Origin: Escherichia coli
GTDB taxonomy: Bacteria; Pseudomonadota; Gammaproteobacteria; Enterobacterales; Enterobacteriaceae
NCBI RefSeq assembly: GCF_003991155.1
Contig: NZ_CP031294.1
Length of the DNA stretch: 64,000 nt
Strand: one strand, 5' to 3'
Notes under the pieces: model-generated
Database searches by the model: none
What the model saw: the letters and a program-made list of their open reading frames with translations, nothing else
What the model was told of the DNA's origin: nothing
Made by a program: the position numbers and the translations under genes
In this document: one piece after another, positions 26,531 through 35,281 of the stretch
Position numbering within the stretch: the stretch's first letter is position 1
Layout of the letters: every line of letters begins with the position of its first letter

Positions 26531-27406
26531 TTAAATTTTTACATTGGTCAGTGCAGCGATAGCCTTATCGTGCTTATTCGCCAGAGAGCAGTACCACTTC
26601 ACACGGGTACGTACTGCGTCTTTGTTCTGTACAGTACCAATGTTTTCAACAACGATACCTGCGTTGTCGCCGCCATACAGACCAGTAACGCCGTTCTCTT
26701 CTGACAGATGCAGGCAGTAGATGCTTGCTTTGCCAGAATCGGTCGGGATGAAGTCGTTGATGATGAACGGAACGCCGTTATGACACAGCATCGGACGACC
26801 GAAGTTCTCCATCATGATTTCAGACGGACCTACGTTTACTGTACGCAGCAGCGCACGGTAAGCACGCAGGTGCTCTGAACGCATCATGATGCAGTCAGCA
26901 CCAAGATCTTTCACCGCATCGACCAGTTCGTCGAACATAGAGAAAGTCATAGATGCACCGGCGATATCGATCTTCTGATCTGCGTGCATCAGGCGTGGAA
27001 TGCCGTCAAACGCCTTGTTGTTGGAGCTGGAGTCACCCAAAATCAGGTTGCGACGGAACGCACGAGCCAGACCTTTAACTTTCTGACGAACCTGAATAGC
27101 CAACTGGTTGTTGGTGTCGGCCATAGTGGTCGCCAGGAATTTATCAACGTCTACGTCACCAGCCAGAATACGCAGTTTCGCAACGCATTCTTCGAAGGTT
27201 GCTGCACCTTCAGGGATGGTGTCGTTAACGTCGATGAAGGTAGCTTCACTCAGCGTTTTTTCACGGTTGTACAGATATGCCTTTGAATTAATTTTCATAA
27301 AAGGCAGGATGGCAAACAGGTCATCGCGATCGATGATAGTTTCGATCACACCCTGTTCAAGTTCGTTGTTAGACAGCTTTTCAGCTTCTTCACGCAGTAA
27401 TGGCAT
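26531..27406 (-). CDS. major capsid protein
   Basis: 291 aa, highly biased codon usage. Follows the scaffold gene and is followed by an attenuator terminator. Confidence 0.7.
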   Translation of the reverse strand: MPLLREEAEKLSNNELEQGVIETIIDRDDLFAILPFMKINSKAYLYNREKTLSEATFIDVNDTIPEGAATFEECVAKLRILAGDVDVDKFLATTMADTNNQLAIQVRQKVKGLARAFRRNLILGDSSSNNKAFDGIPRLMHADQKIDIAGASMTFSMFDELVDAVKDLGADCIMMRSEHLRAYRALLRTVNVGPSEIMMENFGRPMLCHNGVPFIINDFIPTDSGKASIYCLHLSEENGVTGLYGGDNAGIVVENIGTVQNKDAVRTRVKWYCSLANKHDKAIAALTNVKI

Positions 27407-27431
27407 CTATCAATTCCCTTTGATTTAGATG

Positions 27432-28319
27432 TTACTTAAGTCCAATTTTCCCCAGACCGGAGGCCAACTTATCCATAGTCGACTTGTTCTTCGGTTGGGA
27501 TATTGTGTAGGTCGATTTGGAATGTGAGCCTACACCCTGCTTGGCTTCGCTACGCATCAATGCGTCAGCTTCCGGATCTGCCCGCACAATGCGTTCAATC
27601 GCGGATTCAAACGGCAACGGCTTACCTTCACCGTCAACCAGAACAGCTCGTTCTTTGTGACCTGCCGGTTTGTCATAACCCACTACGCTACCGTCTTCAC
27701 CCACTTCAAAATGAGAACCGTAGATCACGCGGGCTTTTGCCGGGGTCATCAGAACTTTGTCACGTAGGAAGAGAGAGTTACTGAAGGAAGCGCCCACGGT
27801 CATCTCGACTAATTGAGATTTCAGTGATGCGTTTTCACTTTCCAGTGCTGCATAACGTTCGTCACGCTGTGCCAGCTCTGCCTGGTGTGCTTCGATCATC
27901 TGTTTTTTAACAGCATCGAACTCACCACGACGCTCCAGTTCAGCTTGCTCCGCCTCACGACGTGCGTTTTCTGCGGCCTGTTCAGCTTCTAAAAGCTGGC
28001 GAGCACGAGCCGGATCGATATCACCGTACTGAGCAAGCTGATCGGCCAATGTGCGCTCTTTCTCTTTGCGCTTCATGTTCTCCTTCAGCAGTTCAGCACC
28101 AGCTTTCTTGGTTTTACGAAGTTCGGCCAGTAACTCTTCCTGAGTCATGCCAGCGTATTCGTCATCGCCCTTCGGCTGCTCTTTTTGTTCACCCTGTTTG
28201 TCAGGATCTTGTGTACTCTGCTCATTATCAGCAGCTACACCGCCAGCGCCTCCACGCTCATGCGCTTCAGCGACATCCATCAGACCACGACGGGCCAAAA
28301 GCATTTGCCACAGATTCAT
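27432..28319 (-). CDS. scaffolding protein
   Basis: 295 aa, Glu/Ala/Gln/Arg-rich coiled coil (EAEQAAENARREAEQAELERRGE...), between portal and capsid. Confidence 0.65.
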   Translation of the reverse strand: MNLWQMLLARRGLMDVAEAHERGGAGGVAADNEQSTQDPDKQGEQKEQPKGDDEYAGMTQEELLAELRKTKKAGAELLKENMKRKEKERTLADQLAQYGDIDPARARQLLEAEQAAENARREAEQAELERRGEFDAVKKQMIEAHQAELAQRDERYAALESENASLKSQLVEMTVGASFSNSLFLRDKVLMTPAKARVIYGSHFEVGEDGSVVGYDKPAGHKERAVLVDGEGKPLPFESAIERIVRADPEADALMRSEAKQGVGSHSKSTYTISQPKNKSTMDKLASGLGKIGLK

Positions 28320-28340
28320 AAAAATTCCTTTTGTTACTTA

Positions 28341-29915
28341 TCACTCGTTCTCTTGAGTAGATGAGTCCCCATTCCCTCGGGGTTGATCTTGCCCGCTTTC
28401 TTGGGCTGCACCACGATCATAAGTAAGTACTGACTTATTTTCAAGGGTATTTAGATCATTTTTTGGAGGAAAATTCAAGAGATCTTTATCAAATTCCTTT
28501 TTCATCGCCTCAGTAATGTTCGGGAAAATCTTCTCAATAAGCATTTCCATCTGGTGACGACGTACAGAGTCCGGTGCCTGAAGTAATGACAGTTTCTCGG
28601 CAACAGAAAATTCATCAGTAAGGCCACGAATATCGAAACTTTCTGGATATGCAATTAAAGAGTGGTCTTCGTCCAGATCTACCCCCATCCATTTCGCAAC
28701 CAGTAGCATGATTTGGCGTTCAGCCCTTTCCAGACGCTCTGCTTTTGTGACAAGCAAGCTATTTACACGCTGGAAGTCATACATTTTTGCGGCACCAGAT
28801 GAATTATCGATTCCCTGTGCGTTGTCCTGCTTCGTTCGCTCACCAGCTACACCAACTGAATGGTAGATTTCGTTAATCACCGTCTTAATCGTAGTGATGA
28901 TCATCTGAGCTTGTTTCGGGTCTGGTGACAGATAAAACGGCTGGTTTCCACCTTCAGAATCGTAGGTGAAGACTCGCTTTGTGCCCATTTCAAGCACTTT
29001 AGTGTGGTTTTCATCACCAGGTAAAAGCGACTGTACCGGTATAGCCAACTGGCTAAATGTCTGATCCTGAATAATGGCATCAAGGTTTGACAGATAGTTT
29101 GCAACCGCACGATCAAGATAAGCGATATCATCGATCAACGATGGGCTGAAATACGGTGATTCACTTTCTCCAATACAATCAACAGGAAACACAGGAACTA
29201 CGCCGAGATTATGCTCACCGCTATCCTCTAAAATAACTTTTGCCTGACGGCGACCTGCTCCACCAGCGCCCTTCTTCACTTCCTCACGGAACAGATACCA
29301 CTCGTTTTGTGTCCACAGACGATAACGTTGGTATTCCTGACCTGTAGAAGTAAAAGGATCTGCGTCATCACGAGCGACTTCCACAATTAACGCCCACAAC
29401 ATATTCCCGTCGTCGTCCCATGCCACATCCAGCATTTGCTGAGGTGAAATCCAGTAGGCGTAGGCGCGAGCATCTTTCTTTTTCTCGTCAGCTACTGACT
29501 CAACATCACCACTCATCGTGCTATCGACAACAACCCATATGCGACCGTAAATAGACGACTGCAAATCAATAGCGGCCATAAATGAGTCAATAGAGGCATT
29601 CTGGCGAGTCGCACGTTTCCAGAAATTGCGGATCTGCTCTGGTGCCTCTTCGATATTTCTATGAATGTCTTCTTTAAAGAGATATTTGTTGATGAGGTTT
29701 ACCACCTCACGAGTGTGGTTGAAGCGATAAGCACGTTCAACTCGCTCCTTAAACTCCTGATCTCCCTCTTTAAAGTAACGAAAGATATTGTCTGTAAACC
29801 AACCACGCCCGCCAGCGTAAGTGCTGGCGAGGAAGTCCCAATGTTCTTTTTTCTTTTCGTATTCCGGGTGGCGTCGCGCCACCAGATCCTTAATTTGTTT
29901 GTCGTTCAATTCCAT
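28341..29915 (-). CDS. portal protein
   Basis: 524 aa, immediately downstream of the large terminase. Assigned by size and synteny. Confidence 0.7.
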   Translation of the reverse strand: MELNDKQIKDLVARRHPEYEKKKEHWDFLASTYAGGRGWFTDNIFRYFKEGDQEFKERVERAYRFNHTREVVNLINKYLFKEDIHRNIEEAPEQIRNFWKRATRQNASIDSFMAAIDLQSSIYGRIWVVVDSTMSGDVESVADEKKKDARAYAYWISPQQMLDVAWDDDGNMLWALIVEVARDDADPFTSTGQEYQRYRLWTQNEWYLFREEVKKGAGGAGRRQAKVILEDSGEHNLGVVPVFPVDCIGESESPYFSPSLIDDIAYLDRAVANYLSNLDAIIQDQTFSQLAIPVQSLLPGDENHTKVLEMGTKRVFTYDSEGGNQPFYLSPDPKQAQMIITTIKTVINEIYHSVGVAGERTKQDNAQGIDNSSGAAKMYDFQRVNSLLVTKAERLERAERQIMLLVAKWMGVDLDEDHSLIAYPESFDIRGLTDEFSVAEKLSLLQAPDSVRRHQMEMLIEKIFPNITEAMKKEFDKDLLNFPPKNDLNTLENKSVLTYDRGAAQESGQDQPRGNGDSSTQENE

Positions 29916-29926
29916 TTGAATAACCT

Positions 29927-29945
29927 TAGATAATTACTTACCTAT
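29927..29945 (-). promoter_or_regulatory. L-type dyad motif
   Basis: The gene strand reads ATAGGTAAGTAATTATCTA. It spans the TerL stop/portal start junction. Confidence 0.4.
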
Positions 29946-31198
29946 CGAGAACCACCAAGAATAACACGGTTTTTGACTGGATACCTACGATGTACTGGAT
30001 AGCCCAATGCGTCTGCACTATGCTCAATGCCACCTGTCTTATCCATATCTCGTGTTCCAGGCTTGTAGATGACTTTTTCCAGTGAATCAATCAAATGCTT
30101 GCACTTCGGATCGATATACAGCCGGATATCTCCAGATGCGGTCATCAGCATTCGGTTAACAGCATTAACACGATCCGCAATTGGCGGGTGCTTTTTCGAA
30201 TAATCGACACGTAAGAATCCCTTCTCTTTGAATATGTCGACGTCAGACTCCCCGCGAGCATGTTGGCGATAAGCACCTGCCGGATCTGGAAATACCGTTA
30301 TCTGTGATTTCCAGCGCCAGAAGCGTCTCTCAAGCTCATCACAAACCTCTGCCGTGTTAGAGGAAAAGAGCACCAATTCATCAATTGCCCATAGCTCACC
30401 ATTTGGCTGAGGTTGCAAAATTACTGAAGACATCGGGTCAATGTTGAAGTCCTGCCCTACCCATATAGGCAACCGAGGGTTGAACTGAAGCGGTTTTACA
30501 TGCACGTTACGATCGAACGGGTAGTAAACGCGCCCGGACATGTTCTCAAAGCTCGCCAGGTACTCCTGAGCGAACGATTTCGGGTCCATATCGTTCTTAG
30601 CAGCTTCAATTTCCGCCGTAGGTACAAACGGAGAATCGGCAGTTACAAACTGCCAGCTCTTCCACTGTCCCTTTCTTTGCAGCTCTACGTTCTGGCCTAT
30701 AGTCCACAGTTTGTGAAATTCCGAGAAGCCTTTTGGCGTACCAATGATCAGTGCACCGCCGCGTGTCGATGAAAGAGTAGGTCGTAACACCTTGTACCAG
30801 GTGTCAGCCTTCATATCCTGAAATTCATCAAGCACTACAAAATGCAACGCTACGCCGCGCAGAGTGTCAGGCTTATCAGCACCTTTGAGGGCGATCTCCG
30901 AACCGTTCTTCAACACGATTGTCATCGTGGTGTCGTTCTTTTTCCTAACCCACTTACGAGGCAGAACTTCCTGTAGATCGTCCCACAAAATCTGGCGAGC
31001 CATCTGGTAAGTAGGAGCGACATACCAGACTCTTTGCTTTTTTTCCTTTGCCGCCGCACGAATAATAGTGGAGATCGACAACCGGGATTTTCCCCAGCGT
31101 CGACCAGCACAAACAACTTTAAATCGATGCGGAGACTGGAAGACTTTCATCTGTCCAGAATGCAGTTGCACAAGACTGAGCGAGGACGGGATTGCCAT
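29942..31198 (-). CDS. terminase large subunit
   Basis: 418 aa. Walker A CAGRRWGKS, Walker B HFVVLDEF, C-terminal nuclease half. Start overlaps the TerS stop. Confidence 0.85.
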   Translation of the reverse strand: MAIPSSLSLVQLHSGQMKVFQSPHRFKVVCAGRRWGKSRLSISTIIRAAAKEKKQRVWYVAPTYQMARQILWDDLQEVLPRKWVRKKNDTTMTIVLKNGSEIALKGADKPDTLRGVALHFVVLDEFQDMKADTWYKVLRPTLSSTRGGALIIGTPKGFSEFHKLWTIGQNVELQRKGQWKSWQFVTADSPFVPTAEIEAAKNDMDPKSFAQEYLASFENMSGRVYYPFDRNVHVKPLQFNPRLPIWVGQDFNIDPMSSVILQPQPNGELWAIDELVLFSSNTAEVCDELERRFWRWKSQITVFPDPAGAYRQHARGESDVDIFKEKGFLRVDYSKKHPPIADRVNAVNRMLMTASGDIRLYIDPKCKHLIDSLEKVIYKPGTRDMDKTGGIEHSADALGYPVHRRYPVKNRVILGGSR

Positions 31199-31830
31199 TA
31201 TTCGTCCTCCCCTTCACTTCCATCATCTGTCGCATCAAATTCGCTTAGAGCTTCTTCTTCCAACGTCTCAAGCAATTCGTCATCGATGATTTCAGGCTCG
31301 TCGTCTTCCTGACGTAATTTCGCCACCTGGGAAGGCGTAAGCTCACCAAATACCAGGTTCGGAATTTCTTCCTCGTCATTTTCCGCATGATCCATGCCCA
31401 ATGCTTTGGACGAAACTTCAAAGCATTTTGCAAGGGTATTACTGGCTCTCTGTAAGCTCTTGAGAGAATCCTCAATCGCCCCTAAAGGCTTACCCTCACG
31501 TTTGGCCGTAGTGACTTCGACCATCACCATCTGCCCCAACGCATACGCCCAGCCGTCATAACGTGTACGACGTTCTTCTATCTTTTCCGCACGGGCTTTA
31601 GCGCGAAGCTCTGCGTCAGATTTAAGAGACTCACGAACCATCTTCCCAACAGAGTCCGCGCCTTTCTCTAATCCTCGCTTTTTGAAATGTCTGGAGAGTG
31701 TTTCACGACGAATGCCGTACTCTTCCTCCAGCTTTGAGAGTGTATATTCGCCTGACGTCCATTTGGCTTCAGCTTCGGCCCACTCCGCTGGTGTCAGGCG
31801 AGTTTTTACCTCGTCTTTTTCGACCGTCAT
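31198..31830 (-). CDS. terminase small subunit
   Basis: 210 aa. N-terminal HTH (YTLSKLEEEYGIRRETLSRHFKKRG), acidic C-terminus, directly upstream of TerL. Confidence 0.7.
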   Translation of the reverse strand: MTVEKDEVKTRLTPAEWAEAEAKWTSGEYTLSKLEEEYGIRRETLSRHFKKRGLEKGADSVGKMVRESLKSDAELRAKARAEKIEERRTRYDGWAYALGQMVMVEVTTAKREGKPLGAIEDSLKSLQRASNTLAKCFEVSSKALGMDHAENDEEEIPNLVFGELTPSQVAKLRQEDDEPEIIDDELLETLEEEALSEFDATDDGSEGEDE

Positions 31831-31870
31831 AGATCCCTCTAAAACACACAGAGCGCGTCCATGCGCTCTA

Positions 31871-31913
31871 AAACAACTTGTTTACTGCATCTGCTAACCA
31901 ACTTGTTTTCTGG
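31871..31913 (-). promoter_or_regulatory. E-type module, two half-degenerate copies upstream of terS
   Basis: AAACAACTTGTTT at 31871-31883 and CAACTTGTTTTCTGG at about 31898-31913. Confidence 0.4.
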
Positions 31914-31945
31914 GGTGTTTAATTAGGTCTGGCATGTCTTACGAA

Positions 31946-32002
31946 GCCTGCTTCCGTATATATTTAATAAGTTACTTATTATTTATATATACAGATGCAG
32001 GT
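31946..32002. repeat. 57-bp inverted-repeat element, copy 1
   Basis: Arms GCCTGCTTCCGTATATA / TATATACAGATGCAGGT (14/17 complementary) around an AT-rich spacer that holds the palindrome AATAAGT-T-ACTTATT. The left arm is identical to copy 2 at 62239. Confidence 0.8.
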
Positions 32003-32025
32003 CTTTAAATAAGCTCCCAGACCGA

Positions 32026-32292
32026 TTACATCACCAGTAACTTCGCTTTGGCTCGACCTAAAGTGGTTAACCCAAGAGTCCGGCGGTGATAGCGATTGTC
32101 ACTGCGTTGGCGCGTATGCCCTTTCTCCACCAGCCCCTTTTTTATCAGAGCGCGAATTGAGAACTGGATACTTTGCTTGGTTGTCTTGTACGGCAAAACT
32201 TCAAGCAATTCGTCCAGGTCAAGTAGATGACCTCGCTCATAACCGAGATTGAGCGTTTTGATGATGTCCTTTTGTTTGTCGGTTAACGTCAT
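32026..32292 (-). CDS. small winged-HTH protein (operon gene 5)
   Basis: 88 aa. TKQSIQFSIRALIKKGLVEKG is a recognition helix plus wing. RBS AAGGA. Confidence 0.6.
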   Translation of the reverse strand: MTLTDKQKDIIKTLNLGYERGHLLDLDELLEVLPYKTTKQSIQFSIRALIKKGLVEKGHTRQRSDNRYHRRTLGLTTLGRAKAKLLVM

Positions 32293-32301
32293 GGCAAATC
32301 C

Positions 32302-33192
32302 TTATGCCGGTAAAGCAATTTCTAACGGTTTATCCAAAGGTTGTTTGTCGAATGCCAGCAGTGGCAGCGTGTCAGGCAGTCGACGGCCAAAGTCAGGGTT
32401 TCGGTACACACCATACAACGGAGACGTAAAGCTCAGGTTGTGAATGTCCTTGAGCAGCTTCACAATGCTGGCCTCGTCCACCAGACTGTCGGCAATGTCC
32501 TGAATCGTCGTGCCACGATTCCGCCCAGCTTTTGCCAGGGAACTGTTCTTATGGTAGTCCGCCACCAAATCGCGCAGCGCACGGCGACGACGAGACTCGC
32601 TCATAGCGAACAACTCTTTGACGATCGCCTCGTTATCACCCGGGTCGGAGCGGAAATGGCGCTGGAACACACGCAGTGCACTTTCATAGCTCTTCGGTCG
32701 CTCAGGGCGGATGAACTTAAACCCTGCTTTCATGGCGAAGGGATTGTATTTGCTCATCGAGGACTGGATCTCAATGATTGGCCGGTCATGCATCCTGCTA
32801 ACCAGGTTAATCATTCTATAAGAGACGCCTACGCCACGATACTGAGTATCCACAACTGAGCGACTGATCACCGCAAAGTTGTTATTCACGTACCGACCCC
32901 AGTACTGGTTAGCCACGGTGGTATTAGTGGTTGGTTTCAACTTAGGAAACATGCGGTGGCGAGGTGCCAACAGTAGTTTCGGGTAAGCCATAACCACGAC
33001 GCCCACCAGACGGTCATCAAGTTCGCAGCGATAGTAAGTTGGCGCGAAAGGTTTGCCGTCTGTTTTGTAGTGAAGCGACTTAAGAGCGTGCCAGTCCTCT
33101 ACAGTTCCCTTTGTAACAGTCATTCGCTCCAGAAAGTCCAGATGACGCGGAAACTCTTCAGGGCGGTAGCGTTTAATGATGATGTCCGTCAT
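32302..33192 (-). CDS. GNAT-fold acyltransferase fused to an uncharacterised C-terminal domain (operon gene 4)
   Basis: 296 aa. GNAT motif A-like VVDTQYRGVGVSYRMINL. ATGA overlap with the upstream ATPase gene. Confidence 0.6.
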   Translation of the reverse strand: MTDIIIKRYRPEEFPRHLDFLERMTVTKGTVEDWHALKSLHYKTDGKPFAPTYYRCELDDRLVGVVVMAYPKLLLAPRHRMFPKLKPTTNTTVANQYWGRYVNNNFAVISRSVVDTQYRGVGVSYRMINLVSRMHDRPIIEIQSSMSKYNPFAMKAGFKFIRPERPKSYESALRVFQRHFRSDPGDNEAIVKELFAMSESRRRRALRDLVADYHKNSSLAKAGRNRGTTIQDIADSLVDEASIVKLLKDIHNLSFTSPLYGVYRNPDFGRRLPDTLPLLAFDKQPLDKPLEIALPA

Positions 33193-33854
33193 GAATGGAC
33201 CTCATCATGACTACCATTGTGATATTCCACCTTCACGCGTTCTTTGTAGTGCTTGGTGATCTGCATATCAGGGCGCAGCGCGTTCTTCAGGTCTTCGTGA
33301 GTCGTCGCCACCATTACCGTCGCACCAACCTTTCGAGCGGCACGCTGGAGGTTAGACGCCACAACCTGAGCGGTTACACGGTCGAGAACAGCGCCGAACT
33401 CGTCAGCAGCCCATACTTTAGCGCCTGACTCAATCAGTTTGGCAATCTTGAGACGATATTTCTGGCCGTCTGACATTTCAGAAGGCTTGCGAACAAACAG
33501 ATATGCATCGTTCAGACCAGCCATAGATAACAACCCAAGCGCATCACTGGTCGTTTTGCCCAACTGATCGATGACGTTAACCTCATTATCGAAGGTAAAA
33601 TCATCGATGGAGGCTACAGACAGCCCTTCATCCTTCATCTGTCGTTGCAACTCGCGCAGCACAACGGATTTGCCGGAACCGGATTGGCCGGTGATGTACA
33701 CCACATCGCCCTGCTTCACTTCCAGCTCCAGATTGTCGTAAAGCGTCCACTCTTTTTCGTCCAGGCCAAGCCCGAACGACTCAGCGATTTCCAACGTGCG
33801 CGTGGTTTTATTTACGCGTGTCTGAAACGATACGTTGATGATGTATTTGCTCAT
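33189..33854 (-). CDS. soluble ABC-type ATPase (operon gene 3)
   Basis: 221 aa. Walker A GQSGSGKS, signature-like MSDGQKYRL, Walker B VWAADEFGAVLD, H-loop TTHE. No membrane partner. Confidence 0.8.
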   Translation of the reverse strand: MSKYIINVSFQTRVNKTTRTLEIAESFGLGLDEKEWTLYDNLELEVKQGDVVYITGQSGSGKSVVLRELQRQMKDEGLSVASIDDFTFDNEVNVIDQLGKTTSDALGLLSMAGLNDAYLFVRKPSEMSDGQKYRLKIAKLIESGAKVWAADEFGAVLDRVTAQVVASNLQRAARKVGATVMVATTHEDLKNALRPDMQITKHYKERVKVEYHNGSHDEVHS

Positions 33855-34519
33855 GCAGCCATCTCCCCGGAAGAGATCTTCTCCGCATATGCCACAAATG
33901 CGTCTACCCCGCTTTCTCCCGTCATTTCTTCCATATGGGCAAGCAAATCACCAACAACAATGGCAGAGCCAGCAGGGAGCGTTTTAAAGCCCAATACGTC
34001 GACAACACGTACTTCTTCCGCTGCAACTTCACGACTGATCTCGGTGTGTTCATCCTTCTGTCGTTTAGTTTCTTCGCCAAGATCGATAACTAGCGAGTCG
34101 GTGTCCATTTCTTCTGTCATACTGCCAACGAGAACATTCAACTCACGCTCTTCAAAGCCGAAAACCTCGATATCGTCCAGAACAAGCGACTCAAGCTCTT
34201 TCTGTAGCTTAATTGCATCGTAATCAATGCTGGCAAGTCGGTTATCTTCAAGGCGCTTCGCACGAACCTCGTCATCACTGAGATCATCGCGAACAATAAC
34301 CGGTACGCGCTCAAGTCCAGCAAAAATTGCAGCCTCACGGCGGCCGTGGCCAGTAATAATTACGTCGTTCTTATCGACCGTAATTGGCTGGTCAAATCCG
34401 CGCTTTTTAATGGCTGCGGCTAGATCTCGGATCTGCTGTTCATCATGCTTTTTGGCATTCATCTCATAGGGAATAAGATCTGCCGGGTCGCGATATACGA
34501 TTTCAAACTTTTTGGTCAT
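33851..34519 (-). CDS. ParB/Srx-like nuclease-domain protein 2 (operon gene 2)
   Basis: Start set to ATG 34519 (AAGGAG 8 nt upstream, TAATG overlap). The motif IITGHGRREAA is the ParB-box-like GxxRxxA. Acidic C-terminal half. Confidence 0.7.
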   Translation of the reverse strand: MTKKFEIVYRDPADLIPYEMNAKKHDEQQIRDLAAAIKKRGFDQPITVDKNDVIITGHGRREAAIFAGLERVPVIVRDDLSDDEVRAKRLEDNRLASIDYDAIKLQKELESLVLDDIEVFGFEERELNVLVGSMTEEMDTDSLVIDLGEETKRQKDEHTEISREVAAEEVRVVDVLGFKTLPAGSAIVVGDLLAHMEEMTGESGVDAFVAYAEKISSGEMAA

Positions 34520-35199
34520 TACATACGCTCCTTGTAGTAGTCGACCAGCCACACCAGAGCCTCACCAGCGTTCTCCATTTCATTACCGGTGTTAATAGCC
34601 TGCTCTTTGATGATGTTTTTTATGGTTTCTGCAACACGATCTGACGCATCGAAAGTTACTTTGAAGCGCATGGTCTGATGTTCCGCACCCACACGTTCGG
34701 TTTTCTCTCGTTTGTCGGTATCGACAGGCTCATCACTACCACGAGACAACGCCTCCAGTGCTTCAAGGTCGATTGCCGCCTCTTTTGCTAAAACCATCGA
34801 GATTTCGTCGTCATACGGAGCGATTTCAGACAGTTGATAGTCAAGTTCTGACTGAATTTCTTCAATGAAGCGTTGCAATGCGATTTGGTCGTCTTCACCG
34901 TATCGCTCGTTGTCCACCAGTGACATCTGTTTAGCTACGACATCGCTAATTTTGCCCACAGAAAGCACCGGAACCGTTGAAATTCCTTGCTCAATAGCAG
35001 CACGCCAGCGATGTTCGCCGCCGAGGATTTCAAAAAATCCATCTTCAAGTTCACGAGCCAAAATTGGCTTAAAAAAGCCCAATTTTTCGATAGAACCTTT
35101 CAGTTTTTCAAAATTCTGCGCACCAACCGAATTGGTGTTCCAGGTATTCGGGCGAAGGTTGGCAACATCAACCTGCAAAATCGTGATTTTTACATCCAT
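34519..35199 (-). CDS. ParB/Srx-like nuclease-domain protein 1 (operon gene 1)
   Basis: The motif ILGGEHRWRAA is the ParB GERRxRA box. The start could be ATG 35199 or GTG 35217, and neither has a strong SD. Confidence 0.7.
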   Translation of the reverse strand: MDVKITILQVDVANLRPNTWNTNSVGAQNFEKLKGSIEKLGFFKPILARELEDGFFEILGGEHRWRAAIEQGISTVPVLSVGKISDVVAKQMSLVDNERYGEDDQIALQRFIEEIQSELDYQLSEIAPYDDEISMVLAKEAAIDLEALEALSRGSDEPVDTDKREKTERVGAEHQTMRFKVTFDASDRVAETIKNIIKEQAINTGNEMENAGEALVWLVDYYKERM

Positions 35200-35216
35200 T
35201 TTATTGCTACAATCCA

Positions 35217-35236
35217 CTAAGTAATCACTTACTTAT
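35217..35236. promoter_or_regulatory. L-type dyad in the divergent control region (ParB operon / helicase)
   Basis: CTAAGTAATCACTTACTTAT is followed by TATAAT (plus strand) and overlaps TATTATAAT on the minus strand. Confidence 0.45.
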
Positions 35237-35281
35237 TATAATAGCCAAATAACATACAAAAGGCACTAAGGAAAGAGGTTT

